Source: Promethearchaeati archaeon
GTDB taxonomy: Archaea; Asgardarchaeota; Heimdallarchaeia; Heimdallarchaeales; Heimdallarchaeaceae
Assembly (NCBI GenBank): GCA_013166775.1
Contig: JABLTJ010000001.1
Location: 160,001-224,000 of the forward strand
Direction: 5' to 3'
Length of the DNA: 64,000 nt
Of this stretch, positions 59,940-64,000 are shown one piece after another. The notes beneath the pieces are model-generated. The model searched no databases. It was not told the DNA's origin and saw only the letters and a list, made by a program, of their open reading frames with translations. The position numbers were made by a program, and so were the translations under genes. Position 1 is the first letter of the stretch. The number at the start of each line of letters is the position of its first letter.

Positions 59940-60578
59940 TTGCTAGAACGTGAAAGATTTGCTGTATATTCTCATTTAATTGGACTTATAATAGCTATAG
60001 GAGGTTCAGCATTTATGGTTTACACCGCTATTATAAATGCTACTCACCGTTTTATAGCTCCTTTATACAGTTTTTCTGTTATCTTGATTTTTGCTTCTAG
60101 TACTCTTTATCATTTTTTTAAGAAAAAAGAAGACGAAATTTCTTTTTGGAGAATTCTAGATCATGTAGCTATATTTGTAATGATAGCAGGATCTTATACT
60201 CCTTTATCTTACATCTATTTATCTGGAGCTTGGCGTTGGGGTATAATATCTGCTCAATGGTTTCTGGTTCTATTAGGATTAATTCTCAAACCTTTTTCTC
60301 TCCATATACCTAGATGGATCGAGACATGTATTTATTTGCTAATGGGGTGGATGGCTATTTTTCCAATTAGACAATTTATCTCAATTATGCCAATAACTGT
60401 AATGATTTTAGTTTTCACAGGAGGCTTAGCTTATACTGTTGGAGCAATTCTCCACATAATGAATAAACAGGTTATTCCTGGAGTTTTTAGCTTCCATGAC
60501 ATTTTTCATATTTTTATCATTATAGGAGCAGCTTGTCACTATTTTGCGGTCTATATTGCAATTACTACTCCTTTTTGA
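59940..60578 (+). CDS. Hemolysin III/PAQR family membrane protein
   Basis: SSTLYH, LDH.AIF..IAGSYTP, GG..YTVGA, FHDIFH. Confidence 0.93.
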   Translation: MLERERFAVYSHLIGLIIAIGGSAFMVYTAIINATHRFIAPLYSFSVILIFASSTLYHFFKKKEDEISFWRILDHVAIFVMIAGSYTPLSYIYLSGAWRWGIISAQWFLVLLGLILKPFSLHIPRWIETCIYLLMGWMAIFPIRQFISIMPITVMILVFTGGLAYTVGAILHIMNKQVIPGVFSFHDIFHIFIIIGAACHYFAVYIAITTPF

Positions 60579-60593
60579 TTTGACTGAATTTCT

Positions 60594-62360
60594 TTAATTA
60601 ATGGGTAATAACGTGGACAAAGTCCAAGCAAATAAGAAAGCATTCAACAATGCTCCTGATTCAAGAGTTCCTGTTCTATCATACAACCAAGTAGTAATTA
60701 TTGTATAAATTATAAACAAGGGCAGTAGCATAATTATGAACAGCATACTAAAACCTAGAAACCCAGATAGTATTTTGAAGTCGAAGAGTATAAGCGGAAT
60801 ATATTGTATTAATAACACTAATACTAGAGGTAAGATCTTAATTCCAACAATCTTCGCGATTGTTAATATTCTCGCCGATAATGTTTTTTCTTTAATCTTA
60901 GCTTTGTAAATACCAGAGATAAATATTCCATCTACTGAGAAAAATAAGAACATAAATGGTAGGAGAATTAAAAGCATCGCCATTCTCAACCAAGAGAAAT
61001 TATTGAATAAAGGAACTATTAATTTCATACTTATTCCTGGAATTTGCTCTACTATTAGATCGATTATAACGAGAATCAGAAAGCACTCAAGAGCAAAAAT
61101 TAGCATCCTCCAATTCGAGAAACGTTTTGCTATATCTTTAATTATTTCTTTATAGCCTGTATCTGGATTCTTTCGCTTAAGATTAATTAGAATCCATATA
61201 CTTCCTACTATTGCTAATGAAAATACCCAAAATATAGCCGTGAAACCTAAAGAAAGTGGTATTATTACAGACCCCATACCAAACAGAAGTATAGGGGGAA
61301 CAAACAGAACTATATGAAGAAAACTCCAGATTAATCCTGTTTTCCATAAACTAAACTCTACATCCACTTGTTCTTCTTCTGTTTTTTGTTTTCTGAAAAA
61401 AGAGATATCAGAAGCAATGCTAGCCAGAGGAATAAAGAATCCTACAAACAAAAAGAAGCTAACAGTAATGAAAATATCACGATAAGGATATAATAAAACG
61501 CTTTTGTTATCTTCACCATCAAAAGCTTGTAACATCCAATCAATTGATTCCTTTACTAACTTTCTATTACTAGGTTCAAAAAGATGATTGGTTTTCGGTA
61601 CTATCAATTTTCTTGCAGATAAATCTGAGAAACTACCATAAACCTGATCAATTACTACCTTTTCTGTAGTTCCAAATACTGGTTTCAGCTCGCTTTCTAC
61701 TTCATCTAAATCATCAAATACTTCATCGTATTGTCCAATTGCAATTAAGAGATTGCTTGGTGTCGAATTATTTAACTCACCATAAATTGTAGCATCTGAG
61801 GAAAGAGACAAACCTCCAATGAAAATATGTGCCTTTACATTTCCTTCTATTAAAGATGCTGCACGTATCGCACCTACTCCCATACTATGACCAGCAAGAC
61901 CTATGTTACTTGAATTAACATAGGTAAGGGATCTTAGGTATTGTATTGCTGAAGATACTCCTAACGTTGAATCTTCTGTACTATCTCGTCTTCCTCCTGT
62001 ATTACCATGACCTATAGCGTCTATTGTTAGAGCAATAACACCTCTTCTAGCAAGTTCTAATGATATTCCACTCATAGTTTCTTTAGCATTCATAACACCA
62101 TGAATAAGCACAACAGCTGGCAAATTACCCAATGCTTCAGCGTTTTTGGGTTCGTATAAATACCCATTCACTGGGATACCTGCGTTATCCAGAACTATAG
62201 ATTGAACTCTTACTTTACCAAATCCAGAATTAAATAATTGTGCAAACGCAATTAACGAGCTAAAAACTAAAATGTAGACTAATAGGATTATCAATAGTTT
62301 GCTGATTTTTCTCATTAGAGCATCTTTAAAATAGCTAAAATAAAAATTTAATCCAAGCAT
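60594..62360 (-). CDS. Alpha/beta hydrolase with multi-pass membrane domain
   Basis: HG, GHSMG nucleophile, YDE, NHLFE; about 8 C-terminal TM segments. Confidence 0.88.
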   Translation of the reverse strand: MLGLNFYFSYFKDALMRKISKLLIILLVYILVFSSLIAFAQLFNSGFGKVRVQSIVLDNAGIPVNGYLYEPKNAEALGNLPAVVLIHGVMNAKETMSGISLELARRGVIALTIDAIGHGNTGGRRDSTEDSTLGVSSAIQYLRSLTYVNSSNIGLAGHSMGVGAIRAASLIEGNVKAHIFIGGLSLSSDATIYGELNNSTPSNLLIAIGQYDEVFDDLDEVESELKPVFGTTEKVVIDQVYGSFSDLSARKLIVPKTNHLFEPSNRKLVKESIDWMLQAFDGEDNKSVLLYPYRDIFITVSFFLFVGFFIPLASIASDISFFRKQKTEEEQVDVEFSLWKTGLIWSFLHIVLFVPPILLFGMGSVIIPLSLGFTAIFWVFSLAIVGSIWILINLKRKNPDTGYKEIIKDIAKRFSNWRMLIFALECFLILVIIDLIVEQIPGISMKLIVPLFNNFSWLRMAMLLILLPFMFLFFSVDGIFISGIYKAKIKEKTLSARILTIAKIVGIKILPLVLVLLIQYIPLILFDFKILSGFLGFSMLFIIMLLPLFIIYTIITTWLYDRTGTLESGALLNAFLFAWTLSTLLPIN

Positions 62361-62407
62361 CTGAAACTAAAAAAATGCTCTGGCTATTCATTTTACAGTC
62401 GTTCAGA

Positions 62408-63106
62408 TTAATTGTTTAATGGTTCCTTAAGCTGATTGTAAATCATATTCATACGATCATAGAACCCTTTGGTATGAAATGTGCTGTTCAGTTTTAATTT
62501 GTGTTTGTCGTAATGATGGCCCCACTCATGAATTAGTGTTCGTAGAAACGTTTTTGGTGCTACATATTTCTGTGTTTTAGCAGTTCTACTATATACCGAA
62601 ACTGAATGTCTTGTTTCTTGACTTCCTCTTGTTCTATATACACCATAATATTGACCCCCACTTCGAGTCATTCTTCGTTTTCCACCAGTATATACCTTAA
62701 GGTGTGGTAATCTGTAGATTAAATTCAATTCTGCTATCATCTCATTAGTAAATTCATTAATAGCAGCTTCTTCACCGTTTTTTAGAGCCTCGCCTAATAA
62801 TCTAACTGCGATATGAAGAGTCCTTAATCTTTTATTTGTAATTGGATTTATCACAGTTGATAGAGATTTTTGATAATCTTTAGATTGTGTTTGAGACCAT
62901 TCTCTTGATTTCTTGCTTGTTTGTTTTGTTGTCTTCGGTTTGGGTGGTTTTAGCTTTGGTGTAAGCAGAGGATAAGGAACGCGAAATGTGTGTTGATCAG
63001 TCTCTACAGTAACTGTTTTTCTGTTTAATCTAATCACAGTTCCAATTAAAGACTCACCTTTGTATGGAAAACTCACAGTTGTTTTTTCATTCATTGTAGA
63101 TCTCAC
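62408..63106 (-). CDS. SH3/KOW-like domain + SprT/WLM-like zinc metallopeptidase
   Basis: GTVIRLNRKTVTV...RVPY.LL; TLIHEWGHH...FHTKGFY. Confidence 0.75.
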   Translation of the reverse strand: MRSTMNEKTTVSFPYKGESLIGTVIRLNRKTVTVETDQHTFRVPYPLLTPKLKPPKPKTTKQTSKKSREWSQTQSKDYQKSLSTVINPITNKRLRTLHIAVRLLGEALKNGEEAAINEFTNEMIAELNLIYRLPHLKVYTGGKRRMTRSGGQYYGVYRTRGSQETRHSVSVYSRTAKTQKYVAPKTFLRTLIHEWGHHYDKHKLKLNSTFHTKGFYDRMNMIYNQLKEPLNN

Positions 63107-63161
63107 TTTATTGATCTCATGTAACGCTTTTAATTTCTGTAATTCTCGAATGATATAATAT

Positions 63162-64000
63162 TTATCTATTTTTTATTGAACTGATAAATTCCTCGAGTTT
63201 AGGTATGGATAAATTAGTTTTCTCTCTTACTAATGAATATATGTTTTCGATATGGAAGACTGTGTCTTTAATTTGTTGAAGTGCTTCTTCCCTACTGCCA
63301 TGTTCGTTTGGACTGAATTTAAACATTATTAAAATATCAGAAAATCTTCTGAAAGCAGCTAAAACTTCAAAATAATCTATTTCTTCTACTTTAGAACCTA
63401 GTTTATTTTCATATGCCTTTAGGATAGCATTGCGTATTTCACTAGAAGTGTATGCTGAAACTAACAGTAGTGTCCAACCTAGATCTTGGCGGAAATCACC
63501 TACATTACAAGATGGCCAATCGACGACAAATGGTTTTCCATCATCAGCTATAATTATATTATGAGGATGAAAATCTTGGTGAAGTACTGATATTTTTTCA
63601 GAGGGAACATTATCTCTTCTTTCCTTAAGCCAATTTAGAATAGATTGAAGTTCATGAAGTTCATACTCCTCGATCTTCTTTTCAAAGGAAGCTAATCTTC
63701 TATCAATGAAGAAATAGGGATTAATTGTTTCCTTTTTAATGATATCTGCTGGTATAATCCTCCAATCCAAATCATGTAACTCTACAAATAATTTACATAC
63801 TAAGGGCAGAAGTTTTTCAGTTAGTGTTTCCATATCTTTTGTTTCAATGGCATTAAAGAATTCCTCACCCATATCGACGCCAGCTATTCTATCCATGATT
63901 ATGAAGGGTTTTCCGAAGAACTCCTCATCTAATTCAAGTAAATGCGTTCTTGGAACTGGGTATCCAGCATTGAATAAAGCTATAAGAACATCATATTCCC
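63162..64000 (-). CDS. APH/choline-kinase family phosphotransferase (5' end outside window)
   Basis: Frame open to window edge (EYDVL...GYPVP...PFIIM); LHQDFHPHN, VDW. Confidence 0.85.
   Translation of the reverse strand, partial: EYDVLIALFNAGYPVPRTHLLELDEEFFGKPFIIMDRIAGVDMGEEFFNAIETKDMETLTEKLLPLVCKLFVELHDLDWRIIPADIIKKETINPYFFIDRRLASFEKKIEEYELHELQSILNWLKERRDNVPSEKISVLHQDFHPHNIIIADDGKPFVVDWPSCNVGDFRQDLGWTLLLVSAYTSSEIRNAILKAYENKLGSKVEEIDYFEVLAAFRRFSDILIMFKFSPNEHGSREEALQQIKDTVFHIENIYSLVREKTNLSIPKLEEFISSIKNR

Overview
AT-rich archaeal chromosomal segment, most likely from an Asgard archaeon (Heimdallarchaeia-like). This is inferred from archaeal informational operons occurring together with a UEV-Vps23/37 ESCRT-I protein and a RING-finger fusion. 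Core content: ABCE1; exosome superoperon (SBDS-rrp4-rrp41-rrp42-L37Ae-Brix-pcc1); RFC large subunit; rpo10-rps2-mvk-ipk-L7Ae-S28e-L24e-ndk-(insert)-aIF5B; hsp20-cdc48-ArsR-tiaS; an intron-containing initiator tRNA-Met. Two genes missed by the ORF track were read directly: a 56-aa short histone-fold protein and a 58-aa dicluster ferredoxin. Main highlights: (1) a ~190-nt promoter- and terminator-bounded, multi-helix, possibly doubly pseudoknotted ncRNA (13509-13700) that matches no family I recognise; (2) a UEV-Vps23/37 gene 1.4 kb from a coiled-coil/proline-rich protein with a PSAPP motif and a MIM1/WH2-like tail, a candidate ESCRT adaptor pair; (3) a Dna2 nuclease-helicase fused to a RING-H2-like domain; (4) a TrmB-type protein with a ~530-aa 11-mer-repeat helical rod; (5) a truncated tnpB that keeps a structured omega-RNA-like 3' region; (6) two further small structured RNA candidates. 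All calls come from reading motifs and base-pairing by eye; no searches or folding programs were run.
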